Shown: one piece after another, positions 48,219 through 58,198 of the stretch
Position numbering within the stretch: the first letter of the stretch is position 1
Layout: each line of letters begins with the position of its first letter
Origin: Deltaproteobacteria bacterium
GTDB taxonomy: Bacteria > Myxococcota_A > UBA9160 > SMWR01
Reading direction: 5' to 3'
DNA: 64,000 nucleotides
Assembly (NCBI GenBank): GCA_032128115.1
Contig: JAQBHB010000023.1
Location: 1 to 64,000 of the forward strand
Made by a program: the position numbers and the translations under genes
Notes under the pieces: generated by a model
What the model saw: only the letters and a program-made list of their open reading frames with translations
Told to the model about the DNA's origin: nothing
Database searches by the model: none

Positions 48219-48350
48219 TTCTGTAGCGCTTCCGCGCCGCCCCGGCCGCCAGTGCCGCGCTGACGGTGGCGTGGGTGTTTCCGGTTGTCATCATCGGGCT
48301 CCACGGCGAGTTCCCACTGAGCGACGACTGGACCTACGCCTGGAGTCCGC
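48215..48350 (+). pseudogene. N-terminal stub of a GT-C glycosyltransferase
   Basis: ATGA overlap with the GT2 stop; ATG ATT CTG TAG (stop at codon 4); the same frame continues with a TM helix and GEFPLSDDWTYAWS. Confidence 0.7.
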
Positions 48351-48373
48351 GCACTTCGATAGGGGAACGACCA

Positions 48374-49990
48374 GTGTCACACACTCGGAAAATAGGTTTG
48401 GTGATCCTCTCGATCCCGATCGCGATACTCCTGGCTGGGTATTTTCATCTGACGAATCGGGATGATCCGTTTCTTGCCGTGTTCAAAGAGAACTGCGTTG
48501 CCTGCCACGGCGCGAATCTTGAAGGCACGCCGCTGGGTACTCCGCTTGTTGGCGCTGATCTGAAGCATGGCGAATCCGTAGCAGAAATTCGGCAGAGCAT
48601 CTCCAATGGATTTGTATCGAGCGGGATGCCCGCTTGGTCTCAAGTGTTGGATGACGCGCAGATATCGAGCCTGGCGATCTTCGTCGCGGAAAAGCGCTTG
48701 AACTTCGATATGCGAGACTTCAAGGTCACCCAGAAAATAACGATCCCCGATGGCGCCATTGAGACAGAGCGCCACAGCTTTCGGATCGAGGTCTTTGCAA
48801 CTGACCTCGACCCTCTGCCCTACTCCATCGCACCGATGCCGGATGGCAGCTTTCTGCTGACAGAAAAGACGAAGGGCTTATCAATCATTTCGCCAGAGGG
48901 AGAACAGTCAGCTTTGATCAAGGGCACGCCGAAAGCATATGGCTATGGGCCTATGTTAGGTGAGTTCGAATTGCCCCGACTGACACTCAATCCCAAGGTC
49001 TTCCTTGGGGTTGGCCTGGGATGGTTGATGGACGTGGCCTTGCACCCCGATTATGAAACGAACGGCTGGGTCTATCTGCACTACGGCGACCGCTGCGAAG
49101 AAGATTGCAACAAGGCCAGTGAAGGATCGATATCACCCGTTTCAATGAACAGACTGGACAGAGGACGAATCAGGGATGGCAAGTGGGTTGACGTGGAAAC
49201 CATCTGGCAGGCAGAACTCGAAGCCTATACTTCTGCGTCAGACCGCGACGCAGGGGGACGAATCGCTTTTGATGGCCAAGGTCATGTATTCATCAGCGTC
49301 GGGATCAAAGGCGGTTACTACCAGGGCATTCAGGATCTGAACCTGCCCTATGGCAAGATTCACCGCGTCAATGACGATGGTAGCATTCCGCCGGACAATC
49401 CCTATGTGGTCAAGCAGGCAGATTCTGATGAGCCCGATCCCAATGTGAGTTTCACCCGGCAGACGATATGGACCTATGGTCATCGAAGCCCGCAGGGATT
49501 GGAATTCAATCATCAAACGGGCGAATTATGGGGTACGGAACACGGGCCGCGTGGGGGAGACGAAGTCAACCTGCTCTTACCGGGCAGGAACTATGGTTGG
49601 CCCTTGTACTCAAAAGGGTTGAACTATGACGGCACTCCGGTTGCGTACGGAAAGGAACTGAAAATTGATTTTGACCTGAAAGACATTGAGCAACCGGTGG
49701 TGGATTTTACACCTTCACCGGCGATTTCCAGTTTCGTTTTCTACGAAGGTGATGCGTTTCCGGAGTGGCGACATGATCTCATCGTCGGTTCTCTCAAGGC
49801 GACAGAGTTGTACCGGCTTGAGATTGAGAATGGGAAGCTCGTTCACAAGGAGACAATCATCAGAAACCTGGCAAGGATCAGGGACATCGAAGTGGGTTTT
49901 GATGGCCTGATCTATCTGCTACTGGAAAACGATGCCGGTGGGAAAATCGTGCGGCTGGTACCAGAACCGATGTCTGACCTGTCTCAGTAG
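48374..49990 (+). CDS. Cytochrome c plus PQQ-dependent glucose/sorbosone dehydrogenase (soluble GDH-B-like)
   Basis: AGGGGA RBS; CVACH heme motif; GWLMDVALHPDY, GKIHRV, YGHRSPQGL, EHGPRGGDEVN, NYGWP, RIRDI; AT-richer than host. Confidence 0.92.
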   Translation: MSHTRKIGLVILSIPIAILLAGYFHLTNRDDPFLAVFKENCVACHGANLEGTPLGTPLVGADLKHGESVAEIRQSISNGFVSSGMPAWSQVLDDAQISSLAIFVAEKRLNFDMRDFKVTQKITIPDGAIETERHSFRIEVFATDLDPLPYSIAPMPDGSFLLTEKTKGLSIISPEGEQSALIKGTPKAYGYGPMLGEFELPRLTLNPKVFLGVGLGWLMDVALHPDYETNGWVYLHYGDRCEEDCNKASEGSISPVSMNRLDRGRIRDGKWVDVETIWQAELEAYTSASDRDAGGRIAFDGQGHVFISVGIKGGYYQGIQDLNLPYGKIHRVNDDGSIPPDNPYVVKQADSDEPDPNVSFTRQTIWTYGHRSPQGLEFNHQTGELWGTEHGPRGGDEVNLLLPGRNYGWPLYSKGLNYDGTPVAYGKELKIDFDLKDIEQPVVDFTPSPAISSFVFYEGDAFPEWRHDLIVGSLKATELYRLEIENGKLVHKETIIRNLARIRDIEVGFDGLIYLLLENDAGGKIVRLVPEPMSDLSQ

Positions 49991-50052
49991 GATCGATCCA
50001 AATAGCCGACTCATTCGTGGCACGGATCCCGCCGGCTTCCGCCCCCGCGGCG

Positions 50053-51300
50053 TCAAGGGGCTTGTGTTCGGCGTCGGCGGCCAGCGACGAAGCGCTGCAT
50101 GACGGAAGACAACGTCAGCCCTCCCAGCGCGTACACGAACGGCAGCACGGGTATGCGATAGCGGAGCTTCGCGTAGAAGGGCGAGTAGGCGAGCGAATAC
50201 AATGTCACGACGAGCACGATCAGCGCCGTCTCCCGTTTGTGTCGGCGCCAGCAGAGTACCAGGCCGAACAGCGCGAGCAGATACTCGAGGCTCGAGGTCA
50301 CGATGCTGACGGTGTTGCGAAGCGACGCAGGGAACAACGCCGTCTTCGGCAGTCGGTCGTCATTTTCGTGGTCCATGGCACGGATCTCGGGCAGATCGGT
50401 TGCGAGTTTCGTCGGATACAGTTCCCAGAAGTGCCCCAGCTCGGCCATCGTGCGCCTCAAATACTCGACCGGGTCGTTCGCAATCCTTTCGAGGATCGAC
50501 TTCAGGAAAATCGGCGCCTTCCAGGTCGTCTCGTCCGTCGCCTCCGGCTGCTCTGCTTCGCGCTGGATGCCTTGCTCGGCGATCGCCACGAGGCGGCCGT
50601 GGACCTGGTAGTTGCGGACCGTCCACGGGGTCAACGCGAGCAGTGTCACACCGAGCAGGATCGCCGCCGGCACGACTCGCCGATGACCAGGCCCGGAGGA
50701 AGCGAAGAGCAGCCAGATTGCGATGGCCGGGACCACCGCCAGCCCGACCGGACGCAGCATGCACAACAGTGCGAGCCCCAATCCGGCCGCGATCGCAGCG
50801 CCGGGCCGAGCCTCTTCGCCAGCGGAGAGTGCGGCGATGCACGTCAGAACGAGCACGACGGCGGTCATCGCCTCCGGGTACAGCAGCGCGCCCGAGATCA
50901 CCATCAGCGGGTCGAGCGCGTACAGCAGCATGCCCGCGAGAGCGGGCCCGTAGCCGGCGAAGCGGTTTACGAAGACGAAGAGCGCGAGTGCACCCATGCC
51001 CGTCAGCGCCGCATGGCCGAGGCGCAGCAGCAAGAGGTTGTTTGCGCCGGATGGGTCCAGCAGCGCCAGCAGCACCGGGAATGCGGGCACGTGCGAGTAG
51101 CGCGGATCGAAGCCGTCGCCGGCCAGCAGTCGCGCAGCCGCGTCGACGTATTTGGTCTCGTCCCAGAAACGGAATTCATCGCCGATCAAGAACGCGGCGA
51201 CGATACGGGCCAGCAACGCCAACCCGAGGACCGCTGCCACCGGCCACCTACGGTGGGTCTCAGTGGGTGACTCCGCCTGTGCCCACATTTCTGTAGTCAT
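50053..51300 (-). CDS. GT-C (ArnT/PMT-like) glycosyltransferase
   Basis: FWDETKY...A..L..G.GF, LYPE, LRP, PWTVRNY, RYRIP. Confidence 0.88.
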   Translation of the reverse strand: MTTEMWAQAESPTETHRRWPVAAVLGLALLARIVAAFLIGDEFRFWDETKYVDAAARLLAGDGFDPRYSHVPAFPVLLALLDPSGANNLLLLRLGHAALTGMGALALFVFVNRFAGYGPALAGMLLYALDPLMVISGALLYPEAMTAVVLVLTCIAALSAGEEARPGAAIAAGLGLALLCMLRPVGLAVVPAIAIWLLFASSGPGHRRVVPAAILLGVTLLALTPWTVRNYQVHGRLVAIAEQGIQREAEQPEATDETTWKAPIFLKSILERIANDPVEYLRRTMAELGHFWELYPTKLATDLPEIRAMDHENDDRLPKTALFPASLRNTVSIVTSSLEYLLALFGLVLCWRRHKRETALIVLVVTLYSLAYSPFYAKLRYRIPVLPFVYALGGLTLSSVMQRFVAGRRRRTQAP

Positions 51301-51509
51301 CTACGGCACATTCTGCCGGCTTCTTGAGACCGGTTCCAGCCCTGGTTCCCCTCCCAGGTATGAGCGCGCAGGGCCCCGGAGCGACGGCGGCGGCACGATT
51401 GCTCGGCTGTAGATCGCCCCGGCAACCGGGTGCTCCGCGACAAGATGCAGCCACGCACACGGCAACTGTGGCTAGAGCGCGATTCGGATCGGTCCGGTCT
51501 CACCATGCA

Positions 51510-51700
51510 TGTCGCGGCCGCTTACTTTCATGACCAAGGTACCAGTCCCTATCTTACTCCAGCCGCCGATTTCTGCTGCCCGGCCTCCGCTGCAGGAGGC
51601 CGTTATCTCAGGGAACTGTCCGGTCGGACGGTGTTGTACTCGTGTCGCCAGCGTTCGATCAGCACCTTCGCCTCCAACAACGTATCGAAGAGCTTGTGGC
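51510..51700 (-). mobile_element. IS3-family orfB C-terminal remnant, next to a possible IS21-like end at 51510
   Basis: LFDTLLEAKVLIERWRHEYNTVRPDSSLR*RPPA (internal stop); TGTCGCGGCC... at 51510. Confidence 0.75.
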
Positions 51701-52047
51701 TGAGGGAGGCGGCTTCAAGCTCTTCAGGCTCGCGCGCTAGAGTCGGCTCTACTGCAGCACGATGTAGCCGCTCAGCGACGTCGATCCAACCTTTTCTGGC
51801 GCAGAGCGCTCGTAAACGGCTCGGCCCAGACCGCGTCGCTCTTGACGACGACAACGGTCACGTACATGCGTTCGTAACGGCTTCCACAGTCGGGGGGATG
51901 AAGCTTCGGGATACCAGGGGAGGCCGTCCCCGACACCATTCGTTGATTCCCTTGTTCTGGCCGTGCTAGCTTCACGCCGAGCTTGCAGCGGATAGACGTC
52001 TCGCAGCCTCCAGCGGGTCGGTCAGCGGGCTGTTGTGAGAAACTGCT

Positions 52048-53526
52048 GTGACGGTTTCATCGAATACCAATGAGTCGAGAGCGGGGCTTGTTGCACGCTC
52101 GTGGCTGCACGTTGTGGTGCTCGTCACCATTTCCGGTGCGCTGCGCCTGTACCGACTGGACGGGCAACTGTGGCTCGACGAGATCTCGGCTCTCCGCGGC
52201 TATCGTAGGCCGTTTCTGGAGACGCTCTCCACATTCCCACCTTTCTTCCCGAACCCCCTCTACGAGCTGATCGCCCATGCGAGTCTCCTTCTACTAGGGG
52301 AAAACGCTTTCGGTATACGACTGCCGGCTGCGTTGTTTGGCGTGGCGGGTGTCGTCGTCTTCTACCGATTGGCCCGGCGCTCGCTAGGTGCAGGGGAGGG
52401 CTTGTTCGCCAGTGCGCTCATGGCCGTTTCCTACCACCACATCTTCTTTTCGCAGGATGCGCGCGGTTATACCGCATTTCTATTCTTCGCCTTGTTGGCG
52501 ACGGATCGTCTCCTCGAGCTTCTGGGAAATATGCGCTGGCGAACGGCCGCCGGCTACGCGGTCGCGATCGCGCTCACGACCTATTCCCATCCCTTCGGGC
52601 TCTTTGTCCTGGCGGGGCAAATGCTCGTGGCCCTTTTTGTCGTCACGCACCGCTGGCGAAACGGCCGGCACGAGGGACCGAGCCCGAAACAGATCGTGGC
52701 GACGGCGTCCATGGGAGCTCTCTTGATTCTCCTCTTGTTCGCGCCGCTCATCGTGGACTCCATCGACTATGCGCAGACCGAGTCCAAGGCCGCCGGGCAC
52801 GGTCCGCGAATGCTGGAGGTTCTTCCCGAGCTTCTGGAGGGCCTCCTGGCGGCGACGGGCGGCTGGCCTGTTCTGGTCCTCGCGGCCTGCTTGGGGACGG
52901 TCGGAGCATGGAGTTGGCTGCGGAGAGAGCCGGTCGTCGTCTGCCTTTTCTTGGTTCCCCTCGTTGTCTCGGCCCTGGGTATGATGGCGCTCGGCGCGGG
53001 AATCCATCCACGGTACTTTCTGCTCGCCTTGCCGCTCGGATTTCTCGTCGGCGCACGAGGCATGATGGTCGCCGTGCGTTGGCTCGTCGAAGACGCTTTC
53101 CGCGCAAGCCCCGAAATTTCATTCGTGGTTCAGGGGGTTTCCGGAATCCTGGCGGTAGCGGCGGCCTGCGTGCCGCTCGCCGGTTATTTTTCTGTGCCGA
53201 AACAGGACTATCTTGGTGCACTGCGAGAGGTTCGCGAGCTGGCCGGACCCGACGATCACGCCGTCGCCACGCGTTTCGCGGGCTTCGCGTATCGGAACTA
53301 CTACCTTCCCGAAATGGCGGTCGTCGCGAACTTGGACGATCTCCGTAGCGCGGAAACGCGTGGAAAACGTATTTGGGTAATCACGACACTGGAGAACGTC
53401 ATGGCCACCAATGATCCCGCCCTCATCCAATACATCCATCGCGAGTACGAACAAGTCCGTTACCTACCGGGGTCCGTGGGAGATGGCGCGATGCGCGTGT
53501 ACGTACGGGCGGGGACGGCCCCCTAG
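52048..53526 (+). CDS. GT-C (PMT/GT39-like) glycosyltransferase
   Basis: LRLYRLDGQLWLDE, PLY, IRLPAALFG, SQDARGY, PRY. Confidence 0.9.
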   Translation: MTVSSNTNESRAGLVARSWLHVVVLVTISGALRLYRLDGQLWLDEISALRGYRRPFLETLSTFPPFFPNPLYELIAHASLLLLGENAFGIRLPAALFGVAGVVVFYRLARRSLGAGEGLFASALMAVSYHHIFFSQDARGYTAFLFFALLATDRLLELLGNMRWRTAAGYAVAIALTTYSHPFGLFVLAGQMLVALFVVTHRWRNGRHEGPSPKQIVATASMGALLILLLFAPLIVDSIDYAQTESKAAGHGPRMLEVLPELLEGLLAATGGWPVLVLAACLGTVGAWSWLRREPVVVCLFLVPLVVSALGMMALGAGIHPRYFLLALPLGFLVGARGMMVAVRWLVEDAFRASPEISFVVQGVSGILAVAAACVPLAGYFSVPKQDYLGALREVRELAGPDDHAVATRFAGFAYRNYYLPEMAVVANLDDLRSAETRGKRIWVITTLENVMATNDPALIQYIHREYEQVRYLPGSVGDGAMRVYVRAGTAP

Positions 53527-53536
53527 AGCAACTGGG

Positions 53537-54961
53537 TCAAGACGAGCATCGCGAACTCGAACCCCAGGCGGCTCGCGTGTTGGCGCTCAGGCCGCCCTCC
53601 CATCGACTCCAGTACCACGAGAGCGCGATGAGGATAAGCAGCGGGTAGAACGGCATCAGGTATCGGTACTCGCTCCAGAAGAACAGTGACTGCAGATACT
53701 GCGCGCCGATCCAATACGGCAGAAAGATCAATGGGCCGTGGCGGCGAGAGAACGACAGCATCACGCCCATCAAGATGACACCCATATGGAAGACATGGAA
53801 GACGACGTTCCCGGCGACGAGAAGCCCCGCAAGGGAAGTCTCCGATAGATGGGCGAGGATGGGCGGCTTGTTGAAGAGGGCGATGCTCTTCAGAAGCAGC
53901 GAAACGGCCTGTTCACCCGGCCTCGAGTAGTAGTTGCGCAGCCCCTCCTCGATCGGGTTCGCTGGCAACGGCCGATCGGCCCACGAGTGGAATTGCTCGA
54001 AGAGCTGTTGCGCGCGATCGCCCGCCTGCGAAACCGCGGCGACGGGCTCGTCGCCCCAGCGTCGGGTCTCGCGGTCGTAGACTTCGTAGATCTCGTCATA
54101 CGCGTACCCACCTTCCTGGAGCCCGGGACCGAGCGGCGAATATGTCTCCGTGGTTAGCGGGATCGATGAGTAGTAGAAGAGATCCGAACTCTTCGTCGTC
54201 AATGGAATCAGCTCATGGGTCAGCCGATAGTTCCGAGCCATCCATGGGGCGAGGAGCACCAGGAAGGTGCATGCCATCAGCAGCGCCGGCCGAAGGTACT
54301 TCCGGAAGTCCTTCAGCAGGTAGGCAATGCCCGTCACGAGCATGAACGGCAGCGCTGCCTCACGAACGTAGACCGCCAGGCCGAACACGACGCCCGCCCA
54401 GACGAAGTCGCGCTGCCGCGGGGCGCTCTTCAGGAGGAGCCAGCAGACCCAGAGAAGCATCGCGCCGAACATCAGATCGGACATCACCGCAGCGGAGTGT
54501 TTGATGGTCTGCGGGTGAAGGGCGATGAGGATCGGCGTGGCCGCGATGGCGATCGCTGGAAACTCCGCCCTGGCCCGAGCCAGGAAGCAGTACAGCGCGG
54601 CGAAGAAGAACAGAATCTGGAAGGCAAGGAAGGGCTGTACCGAACCCGTCGCGCCGTAGGCCACCGCCACCAGCAATGGAAGGCCTGGCACGTGCTTGAG
54701 GATGGGCTCGCCCACAGTGTCGCTCAGGCGACGGTGAAGCAAGATACCCTCCGAGTACCTCCCGTAGCCGTAGGAATCGCCGAACTTGGGAGACCGGATG
54801 CGGTTCGCGAGGGCCAGCCCTTCGTCGTCGAGCTGCGGCATCACGAAGGACTGAAAGGCGAACGAGCTCAGGAGAACGAACACGAGACACCCGGTCACCA
54901 GAATCGCCAGGCGTCGTTGCGTGAGCAGGCTGCCCGGTTCTGCTCCTTCGGGCTGCTTCAT
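53537..54961 (-). CDS. GT-C-like glycosyltransferase
   Basis: GDSYGY, PGLP, MSD, VRE, PWMARNY, RYLMP. Confidence 0.82.
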   Translation of the reverse strand: MKQPEGAEPGSLLTQRRLAILVTGCLVFVLLSSFAFQSFVMPQLDDEGLALANRIRSPKFGDSYGYGRYSEGILLHRRLSDTVGEPILKHVPGLPLLVAVAYGATGSVQPFLAFQILFFFAALYCFLARARAEFPAIAIAATPILIALHPQTIKHSAAVMSDLMFGAMLLWVCWLLLKSAPRQRDFVWAGVVFGLAVYVREAALPFMLVTGIAYLLKDFRKYLRPALLMACTFLVLLAPWMARNYRLTHELIPLTTKSSDLFYYSSIPLTTETYSPLGPGLQEGGYAYDEIYEVYDRETRRWGDEPVAAVSQAGDRAQQLFEQFHSWADRPLPANPIEEGLRNYYSRPGEQAVSLLLKSIALFNKPPILAHLSETSLAGLLVAGNVVFHVFHMGVILMGVMLSFSRRHGPLIFLPYWIGAQYLQSLFFWSEYRYLMPFYPLLILIALSWYWSRWEGGLSANTRAAWGSSSRCSS

Positions 54962-55122
54962 TCTTCAGTGGCCCTGCCGTTCGACTCGTGAGGGGATGAC
55001 GCAAAGTAGCCGATCCCGGGACGCCCTCGAAACCGGTTTGACGGGCTCAGCCCGATCCTCCATTTCGTTGATGAAATCGTCGTCTCGGGCATCGCGGTTC
55101 GCACGCGACGGATCGCCATCGG

Positions 55123-55560
55123 TCAGATGCGACGCCCGACGGCGACATCATGCCGGCCGGAGAGCCACCGATAGGCCGGCACGTGGAGCACGAACAGCCC
55201 GCCGGGCCGCAAAGCTGAAACCAGCCGACGCAGTCCCTCGATTGCCGGCTCCGCCCCGGTCTCAGAGATCACGTCGAAACTGACCACCAGGTCGAGATCG
55301 GCTTGAGGCAGGATGGGATCGAGAATGTCTGCCTGGAACAGGTCGACGGTATCGGGTGTCTTGCAGCGCGCCAGCTCGAGCCAGGCTCCCAGCTCCCGCA
55401 GGGTCTCCCCCGTTCCGCAGCCCGCGTCGAGAATCCGCGGCCCCCGAGGCAGCTCGAAGCGGGATAAATGAAGGATACGGTTCATCAGGTCGCGCAACCC
55501 ACGGTACCACCAATGGTGCCGCTCGACCTCGGCCATGATCTCGTGCTCGGCCGGTCTCAT
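55123..55560 (-). pseudogene. Class I methyltransferase, internally deleted and 3'-truncated
   Basis: ERHHWWY, ILDAGCGTG; the motif II (G.D.S) segment is missing at WLE|LAR; stops just after HDVAVG. Confidence 0.75.
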
Positions 55561-56672
55561 CGTTCACCGTTTCCCACCCGTCCGTCGAGCGAGCGCAGTG
55601 CAGCAACCACCGTGTCGACGGCATCGGCGAGCAAGCCCGGATAGAGAGGCAATGAGATGACCCGGCGCGAGGCAGTTTCGGCGTTATCGAGTTGCCCGGC
55701 GCGAGCCAGGAATCTGTAGGCCTCCATCTCGTGCACCGGCAGCGCGTAGTGGATCCCAAAGCCAATCTGCTTCTCGGTCAGCCGTTCGCAGACGAGCACG
55801 CGGTTTTCGACCTCGACGACGAACAGGTGATAGGCGTGCAGGCTGTTCGGTGTGAAATCCGGATGCCGAAACGCGCTGCCGTCGAGACCTTCCCGATAGC
55901 GGGCCGCGAGCGCTCGTCGCGTCTCCAGCGAGCCGTCCAGGTGTTGCAGCTTGACGCGGAGGATCGCTGCCTGCAGCTCGTCGAGGCGGCTATTGAGCCC
56001 CTCGCAATGGGAGTGTGCGTCGTCTCGGTAGCCGTACATCCGCAGCATTCGCAGTTTCTCCGCCAAGACGCGGTCGCCAGTCACGCAAATGCCACCGTCT
56101 CCGAAGGCGCCCAGGTTCTTGGTCGGATAGAAGGAGAAGCTGGCCACGTCGCCCCAGGTACCCACGTGCTGGTCACGATAAAAAGCGCCGTGGGCTTGCG
56201 CGCAATCCTCGATCACACGCAGTTCGTGGCGCGCGGCAAATTCCAGCACGGGCGCCATGTCAACGGGTTGGCCGTACAGATGGACAGCGAGTATGGCGCG
56301 CACTCGATCCGTCAGTGCCTCGTCGAGGCGCTCCGGGTCGAGCAAAAGGGTCCGGGGATCGACGTCGACGAGTCGTGGCGTCGCACCGGCAGCTCGAATG
56401 GCGGCAATCGGCGGCACGCCCGCGTTGGCGGTAGTGATGACCTCGTCCCCCGAGCCAATTTCCAGCCCCCGCAGCGCCAAGCTGATGGCATCGGTGCCCG
56501 ATCCCACCGCGACCGCGTGTGGAATTGCGACGTATTCTGCAAACTCGGATTCGAACGCGTCGACCTCGGGCCCGAGAATCAACTGCCCGGAATCCAGCAC
56601 ACGGTGGATCGCCTGCTCGAATTCCTCGCGATGCTGCTCGTATTCTGGGCGGTAGTCGAAGTACCTGATCAC
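55557..56672 (-). CDS. DegT/DnrJ/EryC1/StrS sugar aminotransferase
   Basis: VHLYGQ, IEDCAQAHG, SFYPTKNLGAFGDGG, NSRLDELQAA; appears full length. Confidence 0.95.
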   Translation of the reverse strand: MIRYFDYRPEYEQHREEFEQAIHRVLDSGQLILGPEVDAFESEFAEYVAIPHAVAVGSGTDAISLALRGLEIGSGDEVITTANAGVPPIAAIRAAGATPRLVDVDPRTLLLDPERLDEALTDRVRAILAVHLYGQPVDMAPVLEFAARHELRVIEDCAQAHGAFYRDQHVGTWGDVASFSFYPTKNLGAFGDGGICVTGDRVLAEKLRMLRMYGYRDDAHSHCEGLNSRLDELQAAILRVKLQHLDGSLETRRALAARYREGLDGSAFRHPDFTPNSLHAYHLFVVEVENRVLVCERLTEKQIGFGIHYALPVHEMEAYRFLARAGQLDNAETASRRVISLPLYPGLLADAVDTVVAALRSLDGRVGNGER

Positions 56673-57445
56673 GGCGCGGGAAGCCAACCCTCTGCCCGGT
56701 ACCACTCGATGGTTCGAGGCAGGCCCACGTCCAGATCGATCTCGGGATTCCAGCCCGTCGCCTCGCGAAGTAGATCGACAAAATCTAGCAGACTCCGGGG
56801 CTCGGAATGTCCGAGATTGAAAACCTGGCCATTGACGGAGTCGAACTCGCCGGCGAGCAGGAGCGCTGACACGACGTCATCGATGTAGTTGAAGTCGCGC
56901 TTCTGCTCTCCGGTGCCGAAGATCTGGATCGTCTCGCCGCGCAGCGCCTTGCGAATGAAGATTCCCGCGAAGCGCTTCTTGTCGTTGCCGATCTCCATCC
57001 GAGGACCGTAAGTGTTTGTCGGCCTCAGGCTCACGGTGGCGATGTCGTAGACCTCGTTGTAGAGCGTGTAGTACCGCTCCTCGGCCAGCTTGTTGATGCC
57101 ATTGACATCCGCCGGGGTGAGTGGGTGAGCCTCGTCGACGGGGAGGTACTGGGGCCGGCCATACAGCTGCCTCGTGCTCGCGAACACCACCTTGGCATCG
57201 CGATTGCGGTGTCGGCAGCACTCGAGGAGCGAAAGCTGGCTACGGCAGTTGATTTCCAGGTCGGTCATCGGGTCGCGCATACTCTCGCTGTGCGAGATCT
57301 GGCCCGCCAGGCTGAGGATCAGCTCCTGACGCTGCACGAGCAAGACCTCGGCTCCCATCTCCGCCAAGCGAATTGCCACGTTCGAGCCGATGAAGCCGAG
57401 GCCACCCGTCACCATGACCTTCCGGCCGCGATAGAAGTCAGTCAT
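56669..57445 (-). pseudogene. NAD-dependent epimerase/dehydratase with two apparent in-frame deletions
   Basis: TGGLGFIGS, NGINK, NTYGP, RDFNYIDD; only 258 aa; segments appear missing at VLLV|QRQE and DLL|REATGW. Confidence 0.75.
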
Positions 57446-58198
57446 GTGGCCTCAGGTCCCTGTCTTGCACGTAGCGCACGACGAACTGCGAACTCGCCGG
57501 CTGATCCATGAAAACCCGTCCAAGGTACTCCCCGATCGTCCCAAGGATGACGCAAGGATGACGAGCTGGACACCCGCGAAGAACGTGAGCGTCACCAAGA
57601 CGGTCGGAATACCCACTGAAACCTCCGGATTCGCATAGAGCTTGTCGAACACGATGGCGACCATGAGCAGGCCGCTCGCGATCGATGTCGCGACACCAAA
57701 CACGGCCGAGACGCGCTGCGGAAGGATCGAGAAGTTCAAAAACAGATTGAGCCACAGTAGAAACAACTTGCGCAGCGAGTAGTTGGAGTGAGTATCTTCA
57801 CGGCTCCGATGCTCGACGTCGACCTGCCCGAGGTTGCTGGTCGCACGGAGAATCAGGCCGTCCACATACGGAAACGCCCCCCCGTAGCGGGTGACCTCAT
57901 CCACCGCGAAACGGTTCATGACTTTGAAACTCGACAGGTAGAGTTCGGGCGGCTTCTTGAGGATCACGTTCGCCACCGTAGGCGACATCCCAGCCTTCGG
58001 CGCGAATGGCGTCATACATTCGCCGAATCTCCTCGGGAGGGTTCTGCCCGTCATCGTCGAGTACCGCGACGTACGCGCCGGAGCTTTGGTGGAGGCCGGC
58101 AAGAACGGCGTTGTGCTCGCCGAAATTGCGCGCCAGGTGGACGAACGTCAACATACCGGAGTGGGCTCATCACTCAACGAGTTGTGCGGATCATTCAC
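57438..58198 (-). pseudogene. Polyprenol-phosphate glycosyltransferase (ArnC/GtrB-like GT2), fragmented
   Basis: Pieces in different frames: RNFGEHNAVLAG..DDDGQNPPEEI; LYLSSFK..FPYVDGLI; GTIGEYLGR. An 11-bp duplication lies at 57542-57563. Confidence 0.85.

Noticed and set aside
48266..48373. ORF-track start of the PQQ dehydrogenase
   Set aside because: This segment belongs to the GT-C stub; the RBS and composition shift support GTG at 48374.
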